Part shown: in pieces, positions 23,701-32,915 of the stretch
How positions within the stretch are numbered: position 1 is the first letter of the stretch
Layout: every line of letters starts with the position of its first letter
NCBI GenBank assembly: GCA_965277285.1
Contig: OZ255721.1
Span: 3,360,001-3,424,000 of the forward strand
From: Abditibacteriaceae bacterium
Lineage (GTDB): Bacteria > Armatimonadota > Abditibacteriia > Abditibacteriales > Abditibacteriaceae
Direction of reading: 5' to 3'
DNA length: 64,000 bases
The notes under the pieces: model-generated
Told to the model about the DNA's origin: nothing
What the model saw: only the letters and a program-made list of their open reading frames with translations
The model's database searches: none
Made by a program: the position numbers and the translations under genes

Positions 23701-24093
23701 CGCAGCTTGCCGGCCACCGATCGCTTGAGCCGCGGCGGCTGGATGCTGTCCGATGTTCAGCATTTCTGGATGTCCATGCGCCACAGCAAAAACGTGTGGA
23801 GCGCCATCAACTCCGACGGCGGCGATGTCGCGCAACTTTTGTATACGCAGCCTAACGACAATTACCAGTTTCTGGCGCCGCGCTTCGTGCTCGACACTTT
23901 GCCAGGTGGTAAAAAGAGGGATGCAACAACACGGCGCACGCTCGCTCCTGACTTGAAAAACGCGCTGCCTGGCGGAACCATTATGTCCTTTTACGTGCGC
24001 GATTCCGCCGCTTTCAACGCCAATCGAGTACTCGAAGTACCACGAACACCTTTCGTAACATCCACCAAATTCAAGAAACCTTCCAGCCAATGA
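20737..24093 (+). CDS. DUF5693-family membrane protein fused to a C-terminal extracellular domain (phosphodiester-glycosidase-like, tentative)
   Basis: RYVRAVRERGVR, RSGN, RPRTKEILVGHP, NTFCQ..P are DUF5693-like; C-terminal WNGLFF and AINSDGG. Confidence 0.7.
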   Translation: MKHRFGFAWLLVVIGVFNASVWATLRWSYESSMRSVQLTVALDEVRRLADSSQVAPLEVLSEMKARGVSSVVLALQNLDTWHEVGRVDIVSASKARQLFGFRRFLPNYSYVLRVTRENRAVLKQIATHLAAQSGRNQQPVWLDAQTLAIAQAHDSWNQMPLGFDPDQVALVRAAGLRVTARVFNPLGLTPQVLRTMLDDAKATGARVVIVGDDETLGYSTLIEPTARELQKRHLLFGASEFSQQAGEQDLTALSNGSLVRIHNLSEAEASHITPRKLIDRYVRAVRERGVRLVLFRVLESAKGEAFSSRNSAGTLSNASSRNILQHNLQIISSISQTLKHGGLQPSFALRDASAFGNYPAQNLESHLRSSALVRSLSQAALFLSGLGVLGGVLLLLELCCDWSRKARMRAAMFGMIVVAALSFSALRGAQVLAAVAACVFPIVGILWGGLPQTLTRDASCPVRFLTACGVLLRTTAITLCGALLVVALLGRWQFLSKTDDFLGTKIVQIVPLVLLAYALSGQFFPHRVRVEGASIAHRRAWQQWRLWLQQPYTIRVALWSALGAVGLFLWMTRSGNDSGLDVPEWEWRMRSVLEHLLLARPRTKEILVGHPALILAVWLAPKRKVNALFFAILLAVVGQADVMNTFCQVNNPLWFCVLRTIIALCLGMAVGFIAWCALRVLAPSSTRNAFEQRTPNALQNKLVRQWLLSVWLLPAFVAVIILVVCLTKKRTTTELVPVSLRDVAAPEATWPWPGAHQRTLHRGITQWTARAADGTSLDLIEFDFARNPQLRFEIYDQDEDDDVPFDNRVAYWNRGVGVVTRDLNQRFARQGNGRVVVAWNGLFFGLKNWKPRQADRAFHLAPLVLHGRILDYAPEPRWMFGVQTEKGKPQFRVIFRPTPAQKARFDFAAGSAQCLLLNGRALALAPYPTTPIDEKRLPATPQNAGHIPVLDEIRTSRVSMAWTRNSQRFYLLFVKEPDGENGSRAAFARSLPATDRLSRGGWMLSDVQHFWMSMRHSKNVWSAINSDGGDVAQLLYTQPNDNYQFLAPRFVLDTLPGGKKRDATTRRTLAPDLKNALPGGTIMSFYVRDSAAFNANRVLEVPRTPFVTSTKFKKPSSQ

Positions 24094-24145
24094 CGCTGCG
24101 AATGGCACGCCGATTTGATAATATCAATTTAAGGAGCGGAACTTT

Positions 24146-25366
24146 ATGATTTTGCCAAGCGATGCGAACAATTCGGGGCGGCGTTTGGGCGACGAGGAAA
24201 TGGATTTGTTGCGCCAGGTCATCGAATCGGGAACGCTCAACTGCACCAAAGGCACGATGGTGATGCAACTGGAACGGGAGTTTGAACGCGATTACGGCGG
24301 CGAAGATTGGCATTGTACTGCGGTGACTTCGGGGACGGCGGCGATTCACACGGCGGTTGCGGCGATTGATCCCAATCCGGGCGATGAAATCGTGACGACT
24401 TCGATTACGGACATGGGCGCTTTGGCGCCGATTCTTTATCAGGGCGCGCTGCCTGTTTTCGCCGAGATCGACCGTTTTTCGTTCAACGTTACGCGCCAGA
24501 GCATTGAGAGCGTACTCACTTCGCGCACGCGCGCCATTATTGTGACGCATTTGTTTGGCGTGCCCTGCGAAATGCAAGCGATTATGGAGCTGGCACGGGA
24601 ACGCGATCTTCCCGTTATCGAAGATACAGCGCAAGCGCCTTTCGCTCTTTATCAGGGGAAACGCGCGGGAACGCTGGGGACAATCGGCTGTTTTTCGTTG
24701 CAACAAGGCAAGCACATGACGGCGGGCGAAGGCGGATTGGTGCTGACGCGCGACCGTGATTTGGCGCGTCGCATGACGCTTTTTCACGACAAGGCGTGGG
24801 GCTACGGCGATGCGAAACCGGATCATTATTTTTTGGCGTTGAATTATCGCATGAGCGAATTGCAGGGAGCGGTGGCTTTGGCTCAATGGCGCAAAGTGCG
24901 CGATGTCGTGCGTGACAGGCAAAAAAGCGCCGCGCAGTTTTCTTATTTGATCGCGGATCTGCCTGGCGTGATGCCGCAGGCCACGCCGCGCGGAAGCGAA
25001 CCCGTGTTCTGGAAATATGCGCTGCGTATTGACGAAGCGCAAACCGGCGCCGATGTTCAGCAAATCGGGCGTTTTCTGAGCGACAACTTTGGCGTGTCTT
25101 CGGCTCCGCGCTATGTACAAAAACCGGCGTTCGAATGCGCGATTTTCCGCGAGCAGCGAACGTTCGGCACCAGCCGTTTTCCCTTTGTGGGCGCGCATCT
25201 CGAACGCGACTGGCAGCAGCCTCACATCGCAGATTTTCCTGACACAATGGATGCTTTGGCGCATCTGCTGGTTTTGCCATGGAACGAAAATTACACCGAA
25301 GAACACGTCCGTTTTTTGTCTCGCGCGCTGCACGAAACGATTTCTCATTTTCGTAATTTGGCTTGA
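24146..25366 (+). CDS. DegT/DnrJ/EryC1/StrS-family PLP aminotransferase
   Basis: SGTAAIH, THLFG, IEDTAQA, FSLQQGKHMTAGEGG, NYRMSELQGA. Confidence 0.93.
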   Translation: MILPSDANNSGRRLGDEEMDLLRQVIESGTLNCTKGTMVMQLEREFERDYGGEDWHCTAVTSGTAAIHTAVAAIDPNPGDEIVTTSITDMGALAPILYQGALPVFAEIDRFSFNVTRQSIESVLTSRTRAIIVTHLFGVPCEMQAIMELARERDLPVIEDTAQAPFALYQGKRAGTLGTIGCFSLQQGKHMTAGEGGLVLTRDRDLARRMTLFHDKAWGYGDAKPDHYFLALNYRMSELQGAVALAQWRKVRDVVRDRQKSAAQFSYLIADLPGVMPQATPRGSEPVFWKYALRIDEAQTGADVQQIGRFLSDNFGVSSAPRYVQKPAFECAIFREQRTFGTSRFPFVGAHLERDWQQPHIADFPDTMDALAHLLVLPWNENYTEEHVRFLSRALHETISHFRNLA

Positions 25367-25487
25367 AGTCACCTCTTAAATACAACTAAAAGATCGAAGC
25401 CATCAGGATGACAAACTGATAAATTGACGCGATAACTTATTGATGAGCTGGCTGTTAGTCTTTGGCGCTTATCGAGTACTCGAAACT

Positions 25488-26471
25488 ATGTCTTTACGAA
25501 TCGGCATTGTTGGTTGTGGGCACATCGCGCTGACACACGCACAAGCGTTGGCCTCTGTGCCGACCTTTGAACTTGTGGGTTTGTGCGACTGCGATATTGA
25601 AGCGGCGCGACGTTTGGCACCAGAGATTTCTATAGCTTTCATCGGCGACGATTTGAAATCGTGGCTTGAAGAAAGTCGCGTCGAAGCTGTCATTGTTTGT
25701 ACGCCACCTTCGACACATCTGGAGATTGTGCAAACGTGCTTGCAACGCGGCGTTCATGTGCTGTGCGAAAAACCGTTGGCGATTTCGGCGGCAGAAGCGC
25801 AACTTATGCGACGCGACGCCATGAAGTATCAGCGCCTTTTGTTGCCCGCGTTCAAGTTCCGTTTCTGCGACGCGATTCAGCGCGCGCGAAAAGAAGTTCA
25901 ATCGAACAGCTTGGGCGACCTTCAATCGTTTGAGATCGCCTTTTGCGCGCCTGTGGAAATGCGCAATCGCTGGAACTCGAATCCCAAATTAGCGGGTGGC
26001 GGCGTTTTGATGGACAACGGCCCGCACGCGTTCGATCTGGCGCGATTTCTTTTCGGCGAAGTGCAATCGGTCGAAGCGCAATTATGTTTCCATCAGAAAC
26101 TGGAAGTTGAAGACGCCTGCAAGATTCAACTGGAAACGCGTTCGGGTTTGTCGGGACAAATCAAACTCGATTGGACACGCGCGCACAGCGACGAATGGTT
26201 TCTGACCATCAACGGCACCAAATCCATCTTGCAAATTGGCTGGACACAATCGCGCCGTTGCGGTTTCGAGACCAACAACTGGCAAAACTTCGGCGATGGC
26301 TATCAGAAAATGCCCGCTTTTGTCGCGCAACTTCAATACTTCGCGTCGCAACTTTCAGCAGACGAAAGCACTCCGCAATGCGTGACAATTGATGACGGCG
26401 TCGCGGTGGTCGTCGCTGTTCAAGACGCTTATCAAGCGGCGCGCGAAAAACGACGCATCGAGAGCAAATAA
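25488..26471 (+). CDS. Gfo/Idh/MocA-family oxidoreductase
   Basis: IGIVGCG, TPPSTH, HVLCEKP, GGGVLMDNGPH. Confidence 0.93.
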   Translation: MSLRIGIVGCGHIALTHAQALASVPTFELVGLCDCDIEAARRLAPEISIAFIGDDLKSWLEESRVEAVIVCTPPSTHLEIVQTCLQRGVHVLCEKPLAISAAEAQLMRRDAMKYQRLLLPAFKFRFCDAIQRARKEVQSNSLGDLQSFEIAFCAPVEMRNRWNSNPKLAGGGVLMDNGPHAFDLARFLFGEVQSVEAQLCFHQKLEVEDACKIQLETRSGLSGQIKLDWTRAHSDEWFLTINGTKSILQIGWTQSRRCGFETNNWQNFGDGYQKMPAFVAQLQYFASQLSADESTPQCVTIDDGVAVVVAVQDAYQAAREKRRIESK

Positions 26472-26504
26472 AAAGCGCCGCAGAGCATAAACTCTGCGGC
26501 GCTT
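26471..26504. terminator. Terminator between the convergent oxidoreductase gene and recA
   Basis: AAAAGCGCCGCAGAG-CATAAA-CTCTGCGGCGCTT. Confidence 0.75.
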
Positions 26505-26532
26505 CGCTATTATCGAGTACTCGATAGGTGTA

Positions 26533-27693
26533 TTACGCCAAGCCAATTGCAGCTTCGACGCGGCCATTGGTGGCGGCACGCTTCGAGATGGCGGGCGCGT
26601 CCAGTTCCGCTGATGTCTCGTCGTCTTCCGCGTCTTCAATTTGCGCAGGCTGTTCGCTGCCGCGCAAGTTGAACAACGTGCGAATCTTTTGTTCCAATTC
26701 GTCCGCGATGTCGGGATTTTCTTCCAGATAATTGCGCGTGTTATCGCGTCCCTGAAAGCGTTCGTCGCCCACTGTAAACCAGGCGCCGCCTTTCTGGATC
26801 AGGTCTTTCTGCACCGCCAAATCCAAAATATCGCCGTATTTGGAAATGCCCTTGCCGTAGATCAAGTCGAATTCGGCTTCGCGGAACGGCGGCGCAATTT
26901 TGTTCTTATCGACGCGAACTTTGGTGCGATTGCCCATCACCGTCGTGCCGTCTTTGATCTGCTCGCCACGCGAAACGCGCATACGAACGCTGGCAAAAAA
27001 CTTCAAGGCGCGACCGCCCGGCGTGGTTTCGGGCGAGCCGTACATGACGCCGATTTTCTCACGAATCTGGTTGATGAAAATCACCGTCGTATTGGCGCGA
27101 CCAGCACTTCCGGCCAGCTTGCGACAACCTGCGCTCATCATGCGCGCCATTACGCCGACGTGCGTGTCGCCCATTTCTCCTTCGATTTCGGCGCGCGGCG
27201 TCAAAGCGGCAACCGAGTCGATGACGATGACATCAATCGCGCCCGAACGAATCAAGGTATCGGCGATTTCCAGCGCCTGTTCGCCGTTATCCGGCTGCGA
27301 CACATACAAGTTGTCGATGTCCACACCCAACGCCGCCGCATACGACGGATCAAGCGCGTGTTCCGCGTCGATAAAGGCGCACGTTCCGCCCGCTTTTTGC
27401 GCTTCAGCCAGAATGTGCAGCGTCAGCGTCGTTTTGCCGCCGCCTTCCGCACCGAAAATTTCGACCAGACGACCGCGCGGCAGGCCTCCGCCCAAAGCGA
27501 CATCGAGCGACAATGAGCCAGTCGGCGTCGTGTCCACGTTCATGTGCGTCTTATCGCCCAAACGCATGATCGAACCCTTGCCAAAGTTCTTTTCCATGCG
27601 CGACATCGCTTCTTCCAACGCCTTGCGCTTGTCTTCGCCCGTCGCGTTCGGGTCGTGGTGAATGACCTTGCTCGGCCCCGTATCCTTCGCCAT
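26533..27693 (-). CDS. recA: Recombinase A
   Basis: [90 protein letters not shown]. Confidence 0.98.
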   Translation of the reverse strand: MAKDTGPSKVIHHDPNATGEDKRKALEEAMSRMEKNFGKGSIMRLGDKTHMNVDTTPTGSLSLDVALGGGLPRGRLVEIFGAEGGGKTTLTLHILAEAQKAGGTCAFIDAEHALDPSYAAALGVDIDNLYVSQPDNGEQALEIADTLIRSGAIDVIVIDSVAALTPRAEIEGEMGDTHVGVMARMMSAGCRKLAGSAGRANTTVIFINQIREKIGVMYGSPETTPGGRALKFFASVRMRVSRGEQIKDGTTVMGNRTKVRVDKNKIAPPFREAEFDLIYGKGISKYGDILDLAVQKDLIQKGGAWFTVGDERFQGRDNTRNYLEENPDIADELEQKIRTLFNLRGSEQPAQIEDAEDDETSAELDAPAISKRAATNGRVEAAIGLA

Positions 27694-27824
27694 TTTTCGC
27701 TCTCCTTAAATCGTTTTTCGCCTGTATTTATCTACGTCTTTCCGACGCTCTACATCACTTTTCGTTGCTTCTATTTACCACTTTTCGACATCAAAATGTT
27801 TTCATTGTTTTCAATGATAGCGAC

Positions 27825-27853
27825 ATTGTAACCGATATTTCTGAGCGTTGCAA
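27825..27853 (-). promoter_or_regulatory. Putative sigma70 promoter of recA
   Basis: Minus strand TTGCAA (27853-27848), 17 bp, TACAAT (27830-27825). Confidence 0.55.
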
Positions 27854-27882
27854 GTGTTGAAATCGAGTACTCGAAAGAGTTT

Positions 27883-28197
27883 CTACGTCAATGTTTCAAA
27901 GAAGGAATGAAGCGCGACATCAAGCTCTTCGGTGTTCTCGAACTCGTAATGCTTGTGTTGGATTATTATATCTTCAGGAGCGTCCAAAGCTGCCTCAAGG
28001 TCAGCGACTTCCACCTCGCACTCGCCTGTGTCCCAACAAATGAATAATCCATTGAAGCGCCCAGCCGTTGCATCAATAACGATGCTCTTCTTTGTTTGAA
28101 TGTCGGCTGGTCCTACAATCGTCATCTGAATGTCTTCGCTTTCCAATCGCGATTGATTTGCGGACAGCCAGCCGAGAATGTAATTGATGAAACGCAT
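27883..28197 (-). CDS. Hypothetical small acidic protein (immunity-protein-like), low GC
   Basis: 104-aa ORF inserted between cinA and recA; WDTGECEVE motif. Confidence 0.55.
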   Translation of the reverse strand: MRFINYILGWLSANQSRLESEDIQMTIVGPADIQTKKSIVIDATAGRFNGLFICWDTGECEVEVADLEAALDAPEDIIIQHKHYEFENTEELDVALHSFFETLT

Positions 28198-28207
28198 CTC
28201 AAGTTTC

Positions 28208-29461
28208 CTAAAGCTGCGGCAACCCCAATAAATGGCGACGTAGAACGTCGAGCGCGAACATGGCGGCGCGTTGTTTGATGATGATGCGGTCGCCGATGAA
28301 GTCGCGCGGAAAGCTGTGCGTGCCGTGTTCGTCGCTCAGGCCAACGAAAACTGTGCCGACAGGTTGGCCGCTGCCCGAAGTCGGGCCAGCTTCACCGGTT
28401 GTGGCCAGGCCGAAAGCCGTGCCGCCCGATTTGCGCACGTTCTCCGCCATCGCTTGCGCCGTTTGTGCGCTGACAACGCCGTGTTCGTCAACGATGTTTT
28501 GCGGTACATCGAGTACTCGAATCTTGGCGGATGTCGCGTAAGAAACGATGCCCAGTTGCAAGGCTTCGCTGGCGCCGGAAATATCGGTCAGCATCGCAGC
28601 GATCAAGCCACCCGTCACTGATTCGGCGATTGAAAGCGTGGCGTTCTGGTTCTTCAGTTCTTGCAGCACAACGCTCGCCATCGTCTGGTCATCGACACCG
28701 AAAATGTGCTGGCCTTGACGCGCGCGAATTTTCGCTTCCATGTCGTCGAGCAGAATTTGGGCTTCGGCTTCGTCGCGCGCTTTGGCGGTCAGTCGCAGAT
28801 GAACTTCGGTTTGTCCGAACAACAGCGGCGCGACGGTCGGGTTTTGTGCGGTCGTCAAAATGTCTTCGAGCGGTTCGGCCAGAACGCTTTCGCCGATTCC
28901 AAAAGTCCGCAAAACGCGATTGACGATGATCTGGCGTTCGCCGCCGATGTGTTCCAGCAAGTGCGGAATGATCGACAAATCGAGCATCGCTTTCATTTCG
29001 CGCGGCACGCCGGGAACCGCGAAAATCATCTTGCCTTCGTGTTCCCATTGAACGCCGGGCGCGGTGCCGTTGGAATTAGGAATCGCGGTCGCGCCTTGCG
29101 GCAAATACGCCTGGCGAAATGTGCTTTCCACCATCGTGATCTGGCGGCGTGCGAAAAACGCGCGCAATTCGTCTTCGAGTTCCGTGTGATGTTCAAGCGG
29201 AACGCCAAGCGCGAGAGCAATTGCTTCGCGCGTCAGGTCGTCGGTTGTCGGGCCAAGTCCGCCGGTAACGAGAAGGACATCGGCGCGCGACAAGGCACCG
29301 CGAATGCAATCGACGATGCGCTCGAGATTGTCGCCTGCCGTTTGCTTGCGATGCACGTCGATGCCGGCGCGAGAAAGTTGTCCGGCGATGTAAGCGGCGT
29401 TGGTGTCAATGATTTGACCCAGCAAAAGTTCGGTTCCGACACAAAGAATTTCAGCGCGCAT
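28208..29461 (-). CDS. cinA: Competence/damage-inducible protein A (MoCF-like + NMN deamidase PncC)
   Basis: VGTELLLGQIIDTNA, TGGLGPTTDDLT, PGVPREM, AESVTGG, ATTGEAGP. Confidence 0.95.
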   Translation of the reverse strand: MRAEILCVGTELLLGQIIDTNAAYIAGQLSRAGIDVHRKQTAGDNLERIVDCIRGALSRADVLLVTGGLGPTTDDLTREAIALALGVPLEHHTELEDELRAFFARRQITMVESTFRQAYLPQGATAIPNSNGTAPGVQWEHEGKMIFAVPGVPREMKAMLDLSIIPHLLEHIGGERQIIVNRVLRTFGIGESVLAEPLEDILTTAQNPTVAPLLFGQTEVHLRLTAKARDEAEAQILLDDMEAKIRARQGQHIFGVDDQTMASVVLQELKNQNATLSIAESVTGGLIAAMLTDISGASEALQLGIVSYATSAKIRVLDVPQNIVDEHGVVSAQTAQAMAENVRKSGGTAFGLATTGEAGPTSGSGQPVGTVFVGLSDEHGTHSFPRDFIGDRIIIKQRAAMFALDVLRRHLLGLPQL

Positions 29462-29530
29462 AATAAGTTCTTGATTGGATAAATCGAATATTGAGTACTC
29501 GATATTGAGAGTTCTATGTGACGTGAAGAA

Positions 29531-29926
29531 TCAAACAGCCAGAATTAATGAGTAAGCGCCTTCACTAAGATATTCCAATTCGATGGTTTCCGAACAGCGT
29601 GGCAAGATGTAGTTTTCGATGTACAAGCCAAACATTCGGGGCTTAGAAACCATTCGGTATCGTCTCAAAATAGAAGCATAAAGCAATTCGTGATTCAGCC
29701 ACGTACTACAATCGTAACCAGCGCTGATAATCGCAATGAATATGTCGCAGCGTTCAATTCTGTCTTCGACTTGCGAATAAAGGTTGCCTTCTTTTGACGA
29801 CGGTGCAAAGTTGATGAGGCACGAAGATTCTTGCAAAAAAACGCAGAGCGATTTTACCTGTTCCAAATCTCGTTCATTAAAGGCACAAGAGATGTAAATG
29901 TTTTTATTCACAATACTTAGCTCCAC
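29531..29926 (-). CDS. Stand-alone TIR-domain (TIR_2-like) protein, low GC
   Basis: IYISC, IERCDIFIAIISAGY..STWLNHEL..A fits the TIR core including the catalytic Glu. Confidence 0.7.
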   Translation of the reverse strand: MELSIVNKNIYISCAFNERDLEQVKSLCVFLQESSCLINFAPSSKEGNLYSQVEDRIERCDIFIAIISAGYDCSTWLNHELLYASILRRYRMVSKPRMFGLYIENYILPRCSETIELEYLSEGAYSLILAV

Positions 29927-30040
29927 GCTGCAAAGAACCAGACGCTAAATTGCGGCAAAGTGTTAAAATAAAAGCGACCCGAAAGCTCTTTGAGACCCTC
30001 GCAGTTTAACAGTCCGCGCGCTGCGTTTTGCGACATTTTT

Positions 30041-31171
30041 ATGCTTGGACTTTATGTTCACATTCCGTTTTGCGCACGACGCTGCCCGTATTGCGATTTT
30101 GCGATTCACGTCGGCGCGGGACAAAGTTTCGTCGCCGATTATGTGACCGCACTGCAAAACGAAATCGTTCAGGTTTTGGCGAAAAATAGCGCGCCATTGG
30201 AGACCATTTTCTTTGGCGGAGGAACGCCGACTGCACTGCCGCCCAAAGTTTTGGCGGGCTTGATGCAACTGATTCGAGAACACGCCGATGTGTTGCCCAG
30301 TGCGGAAATCTCGATTGAAGGCAATCCTGAAAACAGCAGCGACGAACTGTTCCAAACGTTGAAAACTGCCGGTTGGAATCGACTTTCGCTGGGCGCGCAA
30401 AGTTTCGATGACGAAGCGTTGAAAAAAATCGGGCGCGTTCATACGAGCGAACATATCGAGTACTCGATTGAATCGGCAAAGCGCGCCGGATTCGGAAATA
30501 TCAGCCTCGATTTGATGTTTGCGTTGCCCGGGCAAAGTCGTGAAAGTTGGCGTGAAACGTTGCGTCGCGCGCTTCGTCTGGAACCGCAGCATTTGTCGTG
30601 CTACAGTTTGACCATTGAGCCGGAAACGCCTTTTGCGCGGCGCGTCGAACGTGGCGATTTGATTCCTGTCGAGGACGGCGCGCAGGCCGAACTGATGCAG
30701 GACGCGTATGAAATGACGCGCGAAGCCGGAATCGAACGTTACGAAGTGAGCAATTACGCGCGGCGCGGTTTCGAGTGTCAGCACAATCTGAATTATTGGC
30801 GTGGCGGCGATTATCTCAGTGCGGGTTGCGGCGCGCACGGACACAAAAACGGTCATCGTTGGTGGAACGAACGCGACGCCAGAACTTACGTCTCTCGGAT
30901 GCAAAATGAAGGTAGCGCGCGCGCGGGCGAAGAGTATTTGACGAGCGCGCAGCGTTTCAACGAAGTCGTGATGTTGGGTTTACGCTTGCGCGAAGGTTTC
31001 GATGTGGAAAGTACGGCGCGCAAGTTGGGCGTCAGCGATTATCGAGTACTCGAAAGCGCGCTCGACGAGTTGAAATCGCGCGGCGTGTTGTGGCAAAACG
31101 AACAACGAATCGGTTTGCAGGCTCCCGCGATGATGGTGGCGGATGGCATTGCCGCGCGCCTAATGATTTAA
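30041..31171 (+). CDS. hemW: Radical SAM heme chaperone HemW (HemN-like)
   Basis: LYVHIPFCARRCPYCDF, GGGTPT, HLSCYSL, YEVSNYA, HNLNYW. Confidence 0.93.
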   Translation: MLGLYVHIPFCARRCPYCDFAIHVGAGQSFVADYVTALQNEIVQVLAKNSAPLETIFFGGGTPTALPPKVLAGLMQLIREHADVLPSAEISIEGNPENSSDELFQTLKTAGWNRLSLGAQSFDDEALKKIGRVHTSEHIEYSIESAKRAGFGNISLDLMFALPGQSRESWRETLRRALRLEPQHLSCYSLTIEPETPFARRVERGDLIPVEDGAQAELMQDAYEMTREAGIERYEVSNYARRGFECQHNLNYWRGGDYLSAGCGAHGHKNGHRWWNERDARTYVSRMQNEGSARAGEEYLTSAQRFNEVVMLGLRLREGFDVESTARKLGVSDYRVLESALDELKSRGVLWQNEQRIGLQAPAMMVADGIAARLMI

Positions 31172-31206
31172 TTGGCCGTAACTAATGGCGGATGGTGAGG
31201 AGATTT

Positions 31207-32805
31207 ATGAAGCGATTTTCCTGGAAACGAGTACTCATTGCGGCGTGCGGCATGGCGACGTTCGGCGGCGCGCTGTCGTTGAACGTGCCGCAAGCCGCAC
31301 ACGCGCAAACATCCGCCTCGGGCGATGCGCACACGATTTACTTGTGGGACGGCACCGGCGCGACTGACGCTAATGTTTCAATTCATACGTGGGGCAACGG
31401 CAGCGCCAAAGTGAATAAACCTGTCGATTACCCGAGTCGCAGCGCACTTCTGGTGACGACGCATAACCTTTATGAAGGCGCGCGTTTTGTTTTCGCGCAA
31501 CCCATCGATTTGACGCCATATCGTTCGGGGTTTCTGCGTTTGCGCCTGCGCTCGCAACGCCAAACCGATCTGATGAGCGGCAACGGTAACGCCTCAGGTC
31601 GCTTTGGTGCTTCGGGCTATCCTGGTGCTTCAGGTTATCCTGGTGCTTCGAGTGGCATCCCAAGCACTGGTTCCCCTGCATCAGGCGTTGCTTCTCCTTA
31701 TACAGGCGCCCCATCTGGTGTTCCCGGCACTCCAAGTGGTTATGGTGCTCCAGGTGGTTATGGTGCTCCAGGTGGTTATGGTGCTCCAGGTGGTTATGGT
31801 GCTCCAGGTGGTTATGGTGCTCCAGGTGGTTATGGTGCTCCAGGTGGTTATGGTGCTCCAGGTGGTTTCGGGGGCCAGGGTGGTTATGGCGGCGCGGGCG
31901 GTTCCGGTTATGGTGCTCCAGGTGCTGCGACTGGCGGCTACAATCCTTACCCGTCGGCGACACCATCAGCGACGCCCGATCCGATGCTGGATGTACCGGC
32001 GCTTACCAAAATTCAGGTCGTGATGCGCTTGGATAACGGCGCTTTGTTCGGGCAGTTCGATTTTGGGCAGGATACGGAAGCAACGGTACGTCCCGATCAA
32101 TTCGGATGGCAAGATTTTACGGTCCCTTTGCAGTCGTTGCGCGCAACGCCGGGCGCGAGCGGCGCTTTGCGAAGCGTGGTGCTGACGGGTAACAGTGACC
32201 GAACGTTTATGGCCGGGCAAATTGCTCTGGCGCCCGAGGGCACGATGTCGGTTTCTATTCGCCGCATCACCGATGCTCCTGGAACACAGCAAACTGAAAT
32301 TACCGTCGAGCCAGGCGCGCCTGTGAACCTCATCGCCGATGTCGAATCGGGCAATGTCGATCCCAATGTCGAATGGAACTTTGACGCCGACAAAACCGGC
32401 AGCTTGCCCGCCGCGATTCCTGAACAACCTTTGAGCGGCGGCAACTCTGGTGGTCGGCGCAGGCGAGGCGGCTATGGTAATTTTGGCGGAGGCGCTCCAG
32501 CAACGCCTCAGGGTTATAGCCCGGGAGTTTCCGATCCCAGCGCAATGAGTCCGGGTGGAGCGTCGCCGGGCGGTTTCCCATCAAGTGGTGTTCCTGGTGC
32601 TTCTTCAGGTGGTTATCCTGGTGCGCCCGGCACTTCGCCGATTGCGCTGAATACGCCGCGATTGGATGCGCGTGGCTTGACGGCGAAGTTCACTTATCCC
32701 AACGAGGAGCAGGATTATCGTGTCGAGGTTACCGTTCGTGACCGCTTCACGCGCGCTGAATTGGGCAAAGCTTCACTGATTGTTCATGTTCGCTCCGCCT
32801 CGTAA
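31207..32805 (+). CDS. Secreted Gly/Pro-rich hypothetical protein with GYGAPG repeats
   Basis: Signal peptide ending AHA-Q; low-complexity inserts; C-terminal PKD-like YRVEVTVRD. Confidence 0.75.
   Translation: MKRFSWKRVLIAACGMATFGGALSLNVPQAAHAQTSASGDAHTIYLWDGTGATDANVSIHTWGNGSAKVNKPVDYPSRSALLVTTHNLYEGARFVFAQPIDLTPYRSGFLRLRLRSQRQTDLMSGNGNASGRFGASGYPGASGYPGASSGIPSTGSPASGVASPYTGAPSGVPGTPSGYGAPGGYGAPGGYGAPGGYGAPGGYGAPGGYGAPGGYGAPGGFGGQGGYGGAGGSGYGAPGAATGGYNPYPSATPSATPDPMLDVPALTKIQVVMRLDNGALFGQFDFGQDTEATVRPDQFGWQDFTVPLQSLRATPGASGALRSVVLTGNSDRTFMAGQIALAPEGTMSVSIRRITDAPGTQQTEITVEPGAPVNLIADVESGNVDPNVEWNFDADKTGSLPAAIPEQPLSGGNSGGRRRRGGYGNFGGGAPATPQGYSPGVSDPSAMSPGGASPGGFPSSGVPGASSGGYPGAPGTSPIALNTPRLDARGLTAKFTYPNEEQDYRVEVTVRDRFTRAELGKASLIVHVRSAS
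31738..31863 (+). repeat. 18-bp tandem repeat (GGTTATGGTGCTCCAGGT) x7
   Basis: Perfect units encoding GYGAPG. Confidence 0.95.
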
Positions 32806-32832
32806 TAAGCGTACTTCGTTGTGACAAAAACC

Positions 32833-32870
32833 AAACGGCAGCGTTTCGAGTACTCGAAGCGTTGCCGTTT
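32833..32870 (+). terminator. Hairpin/terminator centred on TCGAGTACTCGA
   Basis: AAACGGCAGCGTT-TCGAGTACTCGA-AGCGTTGCCGTTT; the two mismatches are G.U pairs on the + strand. Confidence 0.7.
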
Positions 32871-32915
32871 CTTGCGTCAACTCAATTGATTCCGTATTTT
32901 GGCGCGTTCTTCCTT

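Noticed and set aside
27694..27882. LexA/SOS box upstream of recA
   Set aside because: No convincing CTGT-N8-ACAG or GAAC-N4-GTTC match.
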